Assembly (NCBI GenBank): GCA_034667185.1
Contig: JAXDKH010000149.1
Location: forward strand, 1-48,606
Reading direction: 5' to 3'
Origin: Chloroflexia bacterium
Lineage (GTDB): Bacteria; Chloroflexota; Chloroflexia; QHBQ01; JADMIH01
Length of the DNA: 48,606 nt
Numbering within the stretch: position 1 is the first letter of the stretch; each line of letters starts with the position of its first letter. The translations under genes were made by a program, and so were the position numbers. This document shows, piece by piece, positions 7,760 to 18,154 of the stretch. Below the pieces are notes generated by a model that made no database searches, was not told the origin of the DNA, and saw only the letters and a list, made by a program, of their open reading frames with translations.

Positions 7760-8913
7760 CAGCGTCTCCGTTGCTTGGTGTTGGTGGCAGCCCGGTACAC
7801 GTCCAGGGTCTGCCGTGCCGCGCGCTCCCAGGTGTAGCTGGCGGCGCGGGCTTTCCCCGCCTGCACCATTTTCTCTCTCAAGGCCGCGTCGGACAGCAGG
7901 GCGTTTATAGCCTGTGCGAGCCTTTTGTCGTCGTCCGGCGGCACCAGGAGAGCAGCCTCGCCCAGCACCTCTGGCAGGCAGCTTGCAGAGGCGGCCACTA
8001 CGGGCGTGCCTACCGACATCGCTTCCAGAGGGGGAAGCCCAAATCCCTCATAGACGGAAGGGTATACCAGCATATCCACTGCCCCGTACAAGATGGGCAT
8101 TGAATCCCGGGGCACCCGCCCCAGCCAGCGGACCCGGGTATCTAGGCCTTGCGCAGCAATCCGGGCGCGGTACTCCTGAAAATCGCTGTCCATCGCGCCG
8201 GAAATGAGCAGCAAGGTACTGGACAGCTCGCTATCTGGAGAAGCCCCCGACATAGCCCGTAGCACCACATCCAGGTTCTTCCGGCGAAACGGCGCACCCG
8301 AAAATAGGAGCAGAGGACTGCGGCCCTCACCAGCCGGCAAGCTCAACTCTGCGAGCAGGCGCTCTGCATCTTCGGGAGCTTGCGGCTTATACCGGGGATC
8401 GGGCGCGGCGGGAACGACTACTACCCGGCTCCCTCTCACACGATAATATTTGATCGCCTCCTGCCGCGAGAACTCGGAGAGGGTGATGATGCGCTCGGCG
8501 CCACGGGCCACGAGAGGCAGCATGAAGCGGTTATAGACGCGCCACTCCAGCGGGTAATCCTTCGGAAAGCGGTGAGCCGCGGCGTCGTGAATATTGATAA
8601 CCACGGGCAGTGGGGAGCGCCACGGCGTGACGAACGCAGGGCAATGCAACACGTCGGCAGGTCGAGCCTGCAGGGCACTACGGGCACCCCATAACAGCCA
8701 GCGGAGGGTCTGACGGGGGTTGCTGGCGACGGGGCCGGAAATCTCGTGTGGTGCTACGTCGTTGCGGACCTGCAAGGCCTCGAACAGCGACCTGGCATAG
8801 ACGCTGAAACCCCAGCTTGGGAAGCGGTTAGGGAAGGTCATGTCAAGGGCTACGCGCAACGGAGGGCGAGGCTCTGTTTGAGAAGGCGGCGATTGGGCGG
8901 GAGGCGACTTCAT
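7759..8913 (-). CDS. Glycosyltransferase family 4 (GT-B, RfaG-like)
   Basis: C-terminal [23 protein letters not shown] (EX7E-type motif). There is a 1-nt overlap with the downstream gene. Confidence 0.9.
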   Translation of the reverse strand: MKSPPAQSPPSQTEPRPPLRVALDMTFPNRFPSWGFSVYARSLFEALQVRNDVAPHEISGPVASNPRQTLRWLLWGARSALQARPADVLHCPAFVTPWRSPLPVVINIHDAAAHRFPKDYPLEWRVYNRFMLPLVARGAERIITLSEFSRQEAIKYYRVRGSRVVVVPAAPDPRYKPQAPEDAERLLAELSLPAGEGRSPLLLFSGAPFRRKNLDVVLRAMSGASPDSELSSTLLLISGAMDSDFQEYRARIAAQGLDTRVRWLGRVPRDSMPILYGAVDMLVYPSVYEGFGLPPLEAMSVGTPVVAASASCLPEVLGEAALLVPPDDDKRLAQAINALLSDAALREKMVQAGKARAASYTWERAARQTLDVYRAATNTKQRRR

Positions 8914-10610
8914 ACCGTGTGCGGCAGTGCCATCCTATATTCCTCGCTCTCCGGCTCTCCTTCGGGAGCCTGCTGCTTCTCTGTGCCTTTCAGCGCCGTG
9001 GTCATGGTGTTCACGCGTGGCTGGCGCACGAGCGACAAGCACAAGCCGGAGGTCCACCAGAACAGGAAGCTGACCGAGAAGTTACCCCAGATCGCGCTGG
9101 TAATCATAATGGGCACCAGCGCCAGGCCCCCCACGAGGGGCACAAGTGCAAGGCCCTCTGGGAGAGGGTCACCGCGCACCCGTCGCCAGGCCAAGTAGCT
9201 GTAGACGAGGCTAGCCCCGTACATGATCGTGTAAAGCAGGCCGCCGATCACGCCGAGCTCGCCAAAGACCGCCAGCAGGGCGCTTTCCCCCGGGCCCTCA
9301 GCATAGCCGAAGCGCGGCACCGAGCTACCCAGCCCGGTGCCCAGTGGATATTTCACTACGTAATTCGCCCCTGCCTTCAGGGCAGCAATATGCCCGCGAG
9401 TGGACGGGTCCTCGCTGGTGAGCATTCGTTCGACCAATTCCGCACTACTCGTCACATTTGCGGGCGGCGTGGGGGTGCTCTGCCCTGCACTGCCTTGCCC
9501 TGGGTTGCTCTGACCAGCTCCTATTGTAGGAATGACTGGCGGTACGCTCCTGATGGGGGGTGCTAGCGCGGTACTGACGTATCTTACCGCTGCCAGTCCA
9601 ACCGGGGGGCGGACCTCTTGCAGTTTGAAAGTGAGAAGTGGGCCAAAGTTGGCGTACTCGATGAGGATGAACACGACCGCCAGGGCCACCATGCCACCGG
9701 CCACAATTGTGCGCATCCGCCGTAGCAGCAGCGCGAGCAGCCCGAACTCGGCTACCATGACAATCAATGCACCGCGTGTCACGCTGAACAAGATGCTGGA
9801 AATGAGCAGCACAAACGCTGTCCACCGGAACCACCCCGGCAACGCTCGCTCGGCCTTCCTGTAGCTCACCAGCACTGCGCAAACCGGCACCAGCAGCAGT
9901 CCCGTGTACGCCAGGCCAAGGGGGCTGATATAGGTGGACATCATGCGGCGCAACAGCAAACCCGCATCGGTGCTCTGAAAGAAGTTTTCGGGCAGGCCGT
10001 GCGGCCCCCCAAACTCGAAGCCAAGCCAAGAGGTAAAGCCATTCACTCCCCAATCAAGCCAGTCGGCTGTGGGTACGAACCATAGCTCCCACAACCCGAA
10101 GAGCGCCACCGGCAAGATGGAGCCGAGCAGCACCCGGCCCGTCCAGACGAGATCCTCGCGCGAGTACCGCCAGAAAATCCTCCCGAAGGCATACAGCAGC
10201 GGCATCAACATCATGACGCGAAAGCTCACAAAGCGTTGGCCGAGACTTGTATCTATCGGAAAGAAGCCCTGCGGGATCACCAAGTAAATGCACGATAGTG
10301 CCGCGAAGGCGATCATGGTCCAGTCGAGCCAGTTGAGCCGTGGCAGCCTGTGCTCACGCCATGCGCGCCAGGCCAACCTGCCTGCAATGAACAGCAACAG
10401 GAGAAGCACGCCCTCTTTCCAGGACTGCACCAGCCTCACCAGTATGGACGGCGTATCCAGGTGGATAAGGAACATGAGGACGATATTGTGGAATGCCATA
10501 CCTGCGACCAGTACGGCCAAGGCCCGGAACGGCGCGCGGTAAATGATCACCAGCAGCCACGCGAGTACTGCCAGCAGAATGAGGCTCAACCCTGCGCCAA
10601 CGATTGCCAC
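8910..10610 (-). CDS. O-antigen ligase/polymerase-like (Wzy_C family) polytopic membrane protein
   Basis: 566 aa with at least 10 hydrophobic helices and a SVTRGALIVM-type loop. A Pro/Gly/Ser-rich extracytoplasmic insert is present. ATGA-type overlaps with neighbours. Confidence 0.75.
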   Translation of the reverse strand: MAIVGAGLSLILLAVLAWLLVIIYRAPFRALAVLVAGMAFHNIVLMFLIHLDTPSILVRLVQSWKEGVLLLLLFIAGRLAWRAWREHRLPRLNWLDWTMIAFAALSCIYLVIPQGFFPIDTSLGQRFVSFRVMMLMPLLYAFGRIFWRYSREDLVWTGRVLLGSILPVALFGLWELWFVPTADWLDWGVNGFTSWLGFEFGGPHGLPENFFQSTDAGLLLRRMMSTYISPLGLAYTGLLLVPVCAVLVSYRKAERALPGWFRWTAFVLLISSILFSVTRGALIVMVAEFGLLALLLRRMRTIVAGGMVALAVVFILIEYANFGPLLTFKLQEVRPPVGLAAVRYVSTALAPPIRSVPPVIPTIGAGQSNPGQGSAGQSTPTPPANVTSSAELVERMLTSEDPSTRGHIAALKAGANYVVKYPLGTGLGSSVPRFGYAEGPGESALLAVFGELGVIGGLLYTIMYGASLVYSYLAWRRVRGDPLPEGLALVPLVGGLALVPIMITSAIWGNFSVSFLFWWTSGLCLSLVRQPRVNTMTTALKGTEKQQAPEGEPESEEYRMALPHTV

Positions 10611-11605
10611 TAAGCCGGTGTCCTCCTCTGTCCGTAGCGGCCCAAAAGGTAGTCTCTGTACGCCTCCAGCTTGGTGGAGGCTTGCGGGTCATCTTGAGGC
10701 AACTGCACCCGCCAGGCAATAGACCGCCACAGAATCTTTACCAGGGCGATAATGCGCGATTTACGCGAAGCCCACTTCTTAATAAAACGCAGGCGGTTAC
10801 GCTCCCAGTAATAGACGCTGCCCAGCGAAGGCAAAGTGCTGGTGGTTGCGTTCACACGGTGCTTTATCCTGGCACCCGGCACAACGAGCAGCTTGTACCC
10901 CGCCACGCGCAACCTGTAGCTCCAATCTACGTCTTCCCAGTAGAGGAAGTAAGCAGCGTCCAGAACCCCTACCTGCTCCACGGCTGAGCGCCGGGCCAGG
11001 ATGCACGTGCCGGCCAGCCACTCAGTTTCATAGGCGGGCGCGTCGGGCACATTGGCAGGCGGCTCATCCAGCCACAGGTGCTCCGGCAGCACACGCCCGC
11101 CCATACGAACGGTGCCCCCGGCGAACCATACCCGTTCAGGCTCCGCCGCATACAGCACCAGCGGACTGACTGCCCCCGCCTGCTCGTCCTCAGCCAGGGC
11201 ATGCACCAACCGCGAGACCACGTCCGGTTCCAGCAGCACGTCATTGTTGAGCAGCAGGACCAGATCGGCGCGCATTTCCAGGGCAATGCGCATGCCCAGG
11301 TTGCAGCCCCCGGCAAAGCCCAGGTTGCGCCTGCTCCCCCACAACTCGACGCGGGGAAACTCCCTATGGATAACGGAAAGTGTCTCCCCCTGGTTCCGCG
11401 AGGCATTGTCGAGGAGCACCGCGCGTATATGTGGGTAGTCCTGTGCCTGGAGGGAGCGCAAAGTATCCTGCGTCAGCTCCAGGTTGTTCCAGTTGAGGAT
11501 GACGGCTATCACCTCGGGTAAGCGCGTGGCGGGAGGCGTGAAACGTGAGGGAGAGGAGGTTAGAGACCGGCCATTCATTGTAGCTATGGTGTCCGGTGCA
11601 TGCAT
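10610..11605 (-). CDS. Glycosyltransferase family 2 (WbbL/rhamnosyltransferase-like)
   Basis: Motifs VIAVILNWNN, LDNASRN, NLGFAGGCNLG and LLNNDV. The GT-A fold signature is clear. Confidence 0.9.
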   Translation of the reverse strand: MHAPDTIATMNGRSLTSSPSRFTPPATRLPEVIAVILNWNNLELTQDTLRSLQAQDYPHIRAVLLDNASRNQGETLSVIHREFPRVELWGSRRNLGFAGGCNLGMRIALEMRADLVLLLNNDVLLEPDVVSRLVHALAEDEQAGAVSPLVLYAAEPERVWFAGGTVRMGGRVLPEHLWLDEPPANVPDAPAYETEWLAGTCILARRSAVEQVGVLDAAYFLYWEDVDWSYRLRVAGYKLLVVPGARIKHRVNATTSTLPSLGSVYYWERNRLRFIKKWASRKSRIIALVKILWRSIAWRVQLPQDDPQASTKLEAYRDYLLGRYGQRRTPA

Positions 11606-11672
11606 AGACGATGTGTTGAACCTGATGGCCTGGATTTATCTTTGATGCTGTGGGTACGCACGGAGGCCTAAA

Positions 11673-12872
11673 TCAGCGACCATGCAACTGGCGGTACAAC
11701 GTGCCGAACTGGGCGGCGTAATGGCTGGATAAAAACTGCTCATCCACACGCCGGGACCCTGCCGCGCCCATTCTACCAGCCAGCGCCTTGTCTTGCAGGA
11801 GCAGCGCGACCTTCGCAGCCGCGGCCTCCACGTCGCCCGGTGCCACAAGGAAACCTGTCTCGCCATTATCCACTATTTCGGCAAGTCCTCCCAGCGCCAC
11901 CGCCACCACGGGCTTGCTCGCAGACATGGCTTCCACAGCCACCAGGCCGAACGGTTCGGCACGCACCGGCAGGTGCACCAGCACGTCGAACAGGTTGACC
12001 GCCACCGGCACGTCTGAGCGCAGCCCGGCTACCACCACTCGCTCCTTCAAGCCCTTCTCTTCGATCAGCGCCTCAAGTCGCTCCAGGTGGTGCTTGCGGT
12101 CGTCGAACACGCCTCCGACGATCACGAATCGTCCGTCGGTACCCGTCTCGGTAAGCCTGGCCGCTACCTCCACGAATTGCTCTTCACCCTTCCACATGCC
12201 GATGCGCCCTATCATACCCACTACTCTCGCGCCTGTTGGAATTTTCCACTCCGCACGAAGCTCCTTGACTTGCTCTGGCGACACGGTGCGATACGGAGTA
12301 GGATCTATGCCGTTCTTTATGACTTGCACTTTTTGGCGAACCGGTGGGTACGAAGCTACGAGGTTGGCGAGGGCGGCCCCCGATGGCACCACCACCTGCG
12401 CCGCTAGAGAGTAGAGCAATCGTGTAAGCACCCGCCCCTCAAAAGGCCGAAAAAGCTCGTGGACGTGCCAGACGTGGGGTACACCCTCGAGCCGGGCAGC
12501 CACGGCACCCGACAGGATCGTGCTGGTGTTGGAATGCACAATGTCGATGTGGTACTTGCGTATCAGGTTGCGCAAGAAACGCACCGAACGCACTATCGAG
12601 CCAGCGAGATAGGCCACCCCCCGCGGGTTGAGGTATTTCTGGCGGCGCAGCACCGTGATCGGGTACTCCAGGTACCTCACGTGGAGCCGGTCAAGCTCCC
12701 GGCAGAGGCGCATATCGTCCTCTACGTCGTTTGCCAGCACGACGTACGGGCGCACGCCTAATGGACCTGCCTGCTCCACTAGCATGAGCAGCATCCTGCT
12801 TGCGCCATAGAGGCTACGGGTGGCGTCTAGATAGAGAATGTTCAATGAACGGGTTTGTGCCTGGTTAGTCAA
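11673..12872 (-). CDS. Glycosyltransferase family 4
   Basis: Motifs PVRAEPFGLVAVEAMSASKPVVA and GETGFLV. Confidence 0.9.
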   Translation of the reverse strand: MTNQAQTRSLNILYLDATRSLYGASRMLLMLVEQAGPLGVRPYVVLANDVEDDMRLCRELDRLHVRYLEYPITVLRRQKYLNPRGVAYLAGSIVRSVRFLRNLIRKYHIDIVHSNTSTILSGAVAARLEGVPHVWHVHELFRPFEGRVLTRLLYSLAAQVVVPSGAALANLVASYPPVRQKVQVIKNGIDPTPYRTVSPEQVKELRAEWKIPTGARVVGMIGRIGMWKGEEQFVEVAARLTETGTDGRFVIVGGVFDDRKHHLERLEALIEEKGLKERVVVAGLRSDVPVAVNLFDVLVHLPVRAEPFGLVAVEAMSASKPVVAVALGGLAEIVDNGETGFLVAPGDVEAAAAKVALLLQDKALAGRMGAAGSRRVDEQFLSSHYAAQFGTLYRQLHGR

Positions 12873-12933
12873 GAGGTGTCTTCACGATCGGGCCTTGTGG
12901 TAGTTCGAGTTGGCCAGAACATACCGGAAGAGT

Positions 12934-14919
12934 TCACTCCCACGTGGGGCTGCCGCCCTCAAAGAAGCTGCGATCTTGCACTAAGCGCATGAGTAATCGC
13001 AGCCCTTCACCAAACGATCTGAAGAAAATGGAAGTGCCAGGCTTCCAACGGCTACGCAACACGAGGCTGGCAGCGAACAGCAACGAAAAATGTAACAGCA
13101 GCACCAATCGTAAGGTGAGGTACTCCCAGTAGGGGCGATGCTTCCTGAAGTAGCGGGCGAGGCTTATGGCATGCTCAATTTGCAGCAGATCTCCAGCACG
13201 CGACAAGCCACCTCTGTTGGGAGTGTGCTTTATCATTACAGTGGACACGAAATATATGGAGTGCCCCCTATCCCAGAGGCCTCTGCACAGGTCCACGTCA
13301 TTATAGAACAATGGGAACTGCTCATCCATCAGCGCTTCAGGGGTAGCAAGGGCAGACCGGCGCAACAATAGGCAAGCACCAGGCGCTTGCGGCACGATAC
13401 GGGTACGGGAGAGATCGGCACCGATCATCAGATAACGATCGATCATTCGCCTGCCGATCTGGGGAAACAAGCGCCTGAGAAAGGTGTAATACAGGAGAGT
13501 ATTTGCCAGAGTTGGGAAGCGCCGTATGTAATTCGCCTGCTCATCGTGGTCGGAAACCAGGTTGGCGGTGGTCGCCCCGGCTCTCGGTAGCCTGTCCAAG
13601 GAATCGACAAGTCCGCCAACAGCGCCCGTGGTGAGTTGCGTGTCGGGGTTCAACAGGAATACGTACTCGCCAGCACTAAGTGCGTACGCCTGGTTGTTGG
13701 CATGAGCATACCCACGGTTTTCTGAGTTGCACACCAGTTTGACCTGCGGATATAGCTCTCGCACTTCCCCACAACTACCGTCCTCAGAGGCATTATCCAC
13801 TACTATCACTTCATCCTGATTGAGATCTACCGTCTCGATTATCGATTGCAAGCACTGCAGCAGGCGGTCCCTGCCGTTCCAGTTAACTATTAATATCGAA
13901 ACCCGCCGGGTTGTTTTCTCCAGGCGAGGGCGTTCACGAGTACCGGTCACGGCACCGCCACCCTGTTGGTTCCACAAACGTACCATCTCACTGCGCTGTA
14001 TGGAAAGCATGACGCGCTGGTATAAGGCTCCCGGTAACCTCATGTGCAACCTTTGGTCGGCGATGCTTAGCAAGGCCGTCATGGGACGTGAGAAGAGCCA
14101 CCTGACAAGCTTCTGCATGGGAGAAACGTGCTCCAGGTAGCGATCCCCCTCTGGATTGAGTGCTAGATATAGGTCCTGATTGGCGGACTTTAGCTCAAGT
14201 GCCGACGTTGCGATCATGCGCATGCGGGCTGCGGTCTGGCTGAACGATACCGGGTGAATATGAGTCGCCCTTGCTGCGGGGCAGTAATAGAGCTCAAGGC
14301 CCTGCGCCTCCAACCGAAAGCCAAGCTCGATATCTTCAAAAGCCGCGGACCGAAATTCGGTGTTGAACCCTCCGGATTCAAGTAGTAGCCGGCGTGGCAC
14401 CAGGATGTTTGACGTGTAGAAATACCGGTAGCCAAGAGGCACGCCGGTACTAGCCTTGTTATAGGCAAACTGTAGGTCGCTATCATGTTCCAGCCACTGC
14501 CCAAAGGGAGTCGGTATCGAAGTGGGACTGTAACTGGTCAGACCGACGATGCCCACTGGACGCCCTGAAGCAGCATGCTCGCGATAGCAGTGGAGCATGC
14601 TTTGCATGTGACCTTCCTGGAGAATGATGTCGTCGCCCAGGAAGACTACCAGTTCGCCGGTAGCGCGCGTGACACCCCGGTTGCGGGCCGCGCCAGGACC
14701 CCGGTTCGACTGTGCTAGAGCCTCAACAGGAATAGACAGGCTCTTCTGAAGATCCCGGACTGCGTCCAGCGATCCGTCTGTAGAACCATCATCAACGACT
14801 ACTATCTCAACGGCAGCGACATCCCTGACGGCCCGGCCTTCCCTTTCTACTGCCCTCAAGCACTCTAAAAGAGCATCTTTCCGATTGTAGGTAGGGATGA
14901 CAAAGGATATCGTTAACAC
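12934..14919 (-). CDS. Two-domain glycosyltransferase (tandem GT2 modules)
   Basis: 661 aa. Module 1 is FVIPTYNRKD...VVVDDGSTDGS. Module 2 starts near residue 345 with SILIVNWNGRD...VVDNASEDGS...NRGYAHANN...LNPD. Confidence 0.85.
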   Translation of the reverse strand: MLTISFVIPTYNRKDALLECLRAVEREGRAVRDVAAVEIVVVDDGSTDGSLDAVRDLQKSLSIPVEALAQSNRGPGAARNRGVTRATGELVVFLGDDIILQEGHMQSMLHCYREHAASGRPVGIVGLTSYSPTSIPTPFGQWLEHDSDLQFAYNKASTGVPLGYRYFYTSNILVPRRLLLESGGFNTEFRSAAFEDIELGFRLEAQGLELYYCPAARATHIHPVSFSQTAARMRMIATSALELKSANQDLYLALNPEGDRYLEHVSPMQKLVRWLFSRPMTALLSIADQRLHMRLPGALYQRVMLSIQRSEMVRLWNQQGGGAVTGTRERPRLEKTTRRVSILIVNWNGRDRLLQCLQSIIETVDLNQDEVIVVDNASEDGSCGEVRELYPQVKLVCNSENRGYAHANNQAYALSAGEYVFLLNPDTQLTTGAVGGLVDSLDRLPRAGATTANLVSDHDEQANYIRRFPTLANTLLYYTFLRRLFPQIGRRMIDRYLMIGADLSRTRIVPQAPGACLLLRRSALATPEALMDEQFPLFYNDVDLCRGLWDRGHSIYFVSTVMIKHTPNRGGLSRAGDLLQIEHAISLARYFRKHRPYWEYLTLRLVLLLHFSLLFAASLVLRSRWKPGTSIFFRSFGEGLRLLMRLVQDRSFFEGGSPTWE

Positions 14920-16128
14920 TTAGACGGCCTTATTCCTCTTGCCCTTACCGCTATCGCGACTCCGACGCGGGGCCAGGACCTGGCGGTATAACCGGTAGTA
15001 TTGCTCGCCGGTACGCTCCCAACTATATCCTAACGCAAGCTCTCTAGCCTCTGTTCCTAACCGCAATCGCAGAGTGCGGTCACGTAGGAGGTCCTCCAGG
15101 TGGGCTGAAAAGGCTGCTTCATCACCTTGGGGAGCCAGCATCGAGCCGCGGGTGAGAATGGAAGGTACCGGGCCTACCCCGTAGGTAACGACGGGCAGCC
15201 CATAAGACATGGCCTCAATGTACACTATACCGAACGACTCATACCTGGTCGGGAGAGCAAATATATCGGCATCCCGGTAGAGTTGGGCTAACTCGGTGTC
15301 GCTGGGCCGCCCGACCACCCGCACAACTTCCTGTAAGCCATGTTGCTCCACATATTTGAGGATGCGCTCCCCCGTACCCGCATCCTCGCCCGCCAGCACC
15401 AGCCGCAAAGGCGGCAGAGAACCCCTACCGGGAGATTTGAGTAGATTGGCCACCATCCTGACAAGGTCATGTTGCCCTTTATGCTCCGTAACTCGCCCAA
15501 CCGCGAGGATAGTAACAGGGTGAATATCCGAACGAATGGTGCGATCCGGCACGGACTCGGGTATATCAGTGCCTGGAGGTATAATCACCGTCCGAGATAG
15601 AGGGGCGCCATAAGCCCTATGCACCTGCATGCGCTCCACCTCTGTCTGCACTTGCAAAGCGTCCACCCGTTTCAAGAGCCACCGGTTGGTAAGAAATAGG
15701 GGCAGGGTGCGTTTGACCAGTGGTAACTCGTGATAGTGCATTGACTGAATGTGTGCCGAACGCAGGCTAGCCAGATATACTTCCAGGTTCCCAGCCCACC
15801 ATTCACTGTAAGTTGCGTGCACAATATCGGGCCTGAATCGCCGCAATACCCTGGGCACACCGAGGCTCACGTAGCCGGCAAGCGCAGCATGGAAGAGGCG
15901 AGGCAGCGTTGATGGCTTGAAGTCGCAGCGGAACACGTCCACACCATCTATCACTTCATGAGCGGGCAGATCGGTAAGTATCCGGTCTGGAAAGTAGGCC
16001 CGAGTAGTCAGCACTCCCACCGCCTCGACCTCATCTTGCTTTAGCATGTAGGCGGAAATCTGCTCTATAATGCGCTCGATGCCGCCCAGGTATGGCTTGT
16101 AGTAGGGATTGACGTACAGAATACGCAC
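14920..16128 (-). CDS. Glycosyltransferase family 4
   Basis: N-terminus MRILYVNPYYKPYLGGIE and C-terminal LPTRYESFGIVYIEAMSYGLPVV. Confidence 0.9.
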   Translation of the reverse strand: MRILYVNPYYKPYLGGIERIIEQISAYMLKQDEVEAVGVLTTRAYFPDRILTDLPAHEVIDGVDVFRCDFKPSTLPRLFHAALAGYVSLGVPRVLRRFRPDIVHATYSEWWAGNLEVYLASLRSAHIQSMHYHELPLVKRTLPLFLTNRWLLKRVDALQVQTEVERMQVHRAYGAPLSRTVIIPPGTDIPESVPDRTIRSDIHPVTILAVGRVTEHKGQHDLVRMVANLLKSPGRGSLPPLRLVLAGEDAGTGERILKYVEQHGLQEVVRVVGRPSDTELAQLYRDADIFALPTRYESFGIVYIEAMSYGLPVVTYGVGPVPSILTRGSMLAPQGDEAAFSAHLEDLLRDRTLRLRLGTEARELALGYSWERTGEQYYRLYRQVLAPRRSRDSGKGKRNKAV

Positions 16129-16130
16129 TG

Positions 16131-17405
16131 CTAAGCTCGCTCTGATCCCACAGTGTTACCGCCACCTGTAGCTGCCCGCAGGTATGACTCCACCGAGGTG
16201 ACCTCCGCATCAAGCGTGTATTCTGCGGCTATTTGACTACTTGCTCTCAAGCCCATGGCTGCCATCTCCTGCGGATGCTTGATCGCCCAGGAGAGTTTCA
16301 CTGCCAGATCTCTCGGACTACCTGCCTGGAAAGCGAGCGCATTTTCGCCGTCCCGGACTATTTCGGACGAGCCGCCCGTGGTGGTCGAAATCACCGGTAT
16401 GCCCACTGCCATGCCTTCAAGTAAGGAAAGCGAAAACGGCTCCACCCATTCCGACGGGAAGACAAAAAGATCGTGCTTGGCATACTCGTCCGCAAGTTCC
16501 GTCCGAGGCTTCTTGCCGAGAAAATGAACAGCACCCACCAGGCCTAGTTCGACAATCCTGCGGTCAAGTTGGCGGCGGTATTCCTCACTCGCGATCCCTC
16601 CGAGCAGACCTAGCACCACATCTTCGAGGCCTGGCTCCTTTCGCACGCATGCGAGCGCCTCCACAACTGTGTGGACCCCCTTGTGATGTGCTATCTGGCC
16701 GGAGTACAGGACGCTCACCGGCTGGTGTGGTGCTCTATTGACGATATGCTGTGGCCGCGGGGAAAAGATGTCCGAGGAGACGCCATGATAAATCACTGTG
16801 CCCTTACTCACCTCAGCGCCCAGATCGGCGTACATTTGCCGGAGAGCATGGCTACAAAACAGCAGGTGGTCGGCGCGCACACCTCCACTCGGAATGCCGA
16901 GCAACGCCAGGAGAGCGTGGTAAATACGACGCTGAACGGGCAAACGTATTCTCTCAGCCTGTTGAGCTAATATCCAGGCCAACCAGGCATCCGAAAGATA
17001 GTAAACGACGGTGGCACGTCTCTCCACTGCAGAGAGAAAACCGTGACCCATGTGCATACCGTTCCAGACCATAACAACACGGGGTCGAGACGCCGAGAGG
17101 ACTTGCCTGACCGTACGCACGTTATGGCGCTGTATGTGGATACTGTGGAGCACACCCGGAAAATTGGTCAGAATTCCAGGTGATTGCCAGTCGCGCTTCA
17201 ACCGCAAGCGGCGGTACACGCCCGGCTCCGGCCCTTTAAGCTCAGCGACACGGTAATTGCTGGTCAACACGTTCACCACATGCCCTCGCGCTCTGAGTGA
17301 CTGCGCTACGTCGTGACAAATTTGTTCGTAGCCACCAACAGAGAAAGGTGGGTACAAATTTGTTATGAAAAGAACGTCCAAAGTGGCCTCATGACGCAGC
17401 TTCAT
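16131..17405 (-). CDS. Glycosyltransferase family 4
   Basis: Motifs FITNLYPPFSVGGYE and FPSEWVEPFSLSLLEGMAVGIPVISTTTGGSSEIV. Confidence 0.9.
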   Translation of the reverse strand: MKLRHEATLDVLFITNLYPPFSVGGYEQICHDVAQSLRARGHVVNVLTSNYRVAELKGPEPGVYRRLRLKRDWQSPGILTNFPGVLHSIHIQRHNVRTVRQVLSASRPRVVMVWNGMHMGHGFLSAVERRATVVYYLSDAWLAWILAQQAERIRLPVQRRIYHALLALLGIPSGGVRADHLLFCSHALRQMYADLGAEVSKGTVIYHGVSSDIFSPRPQHIVNRAPHQPVSVLYSGQIAHHKGVHTVVEALACVRKEPGLEDVVLGLLGGIASEEYRRQLDRRIVELGLVGAVHFLGKKPRTELADEYAKHDLFVFPSEWVEPFSLSLLEGMAVGIPVISTTTGGSSEIVRDGENALAFQAGSPRDLAVKLSWAIKHPQEMAAMGLRASSQIAAEYTLDAEVTSVESYLRAATGGGNTVGSERA

Positions 17406-17449
17406 TGAAACTCATAACCGTACATGCTAGCCATTGTGAGGGTGCGTGG

Positions 17450-18100
17450 CTATGAGGCCGGTTTCTTGTGCAGAATTACCGCCGCCACTTTACACCGGTC
17501 GTGCTCGATGGGTTGCCTCAGCACATGCAGCTTGAGTAACTTACGGCTCCGAGCGAGCAAATAAGGCACAAAGGAAGCAGGCTCATCAACATAGCCGCAA
17601 CTCACATCTAGAATTTCCGACGCTGTAACCGAAAAAGCCTGCCTGGAGAAGAGGGCTTCAAGCTCAGTGTTCGAGGGGCGAAACATCGTGTCGATAGGGT
17701 CTTCATGGTAATGATAGACATGTGGCACAGTAACGATGAGATGTCCTCCCCGTTTTGTAAGAAGTTCCAGTCGCCTGGTCACCATCTCCCTATCCAACAC
17801 GTGCTCCAACATGTTGGAGCACAAGACTATTTCGCCCCTGGGTAACTGCGCGATAATAGCTTCGCTTTCTCTATCGGCAATATCAGCTATGACATCTACA
17901 CCGTCGCCGGAACGGGAATCTACATGCACAATTTTGACGCCAGCGTGGCGCAGTGGCCGGAATATGTAATAGTCGATATACGGTTGGTCCATGCGGCGAA
18001 AATACTCGGTGGACGAACCGATATCGAGCAAAACCGACCCAGGTCCTGGTGCAAGCTCACGTAGCTTCTCTTGCAGCCACCTGGCCTCTTCAATCAACAT
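17450..18100 (-). CDS. Class I SAM-dependent methyltransferase
   Basis: 216 aa with VLLDIGSS (motif I-like), IVLCSNMLEHV and GGHLIVTVP. Confidence 0.75.
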   Translation of the reverse strand: MLIEEARWLQEKLRELAPGPGSVLLDIGSSTEYFRRMDQPYIDYYIFRPLRHAGVKIVHVDSRSGDGVDVIADIADRESEAIIAQLPRGEIVLCSNMLEHVLDREMVTRRLELLTKRGGHLIVTVPHVYHYHEDPIDTMFRPSNTELEALFSRQAFSVTASEILDVSCGYVDEPASFVPYLLARSRKLLKLHVLRQPIEHDRCKVAAVILHKKPAS

Positions 18101-18154
18101 TCTTGGGAGACCTCATGATATCATGAATTGGAATGCAGACCCTCAGAGAAACGA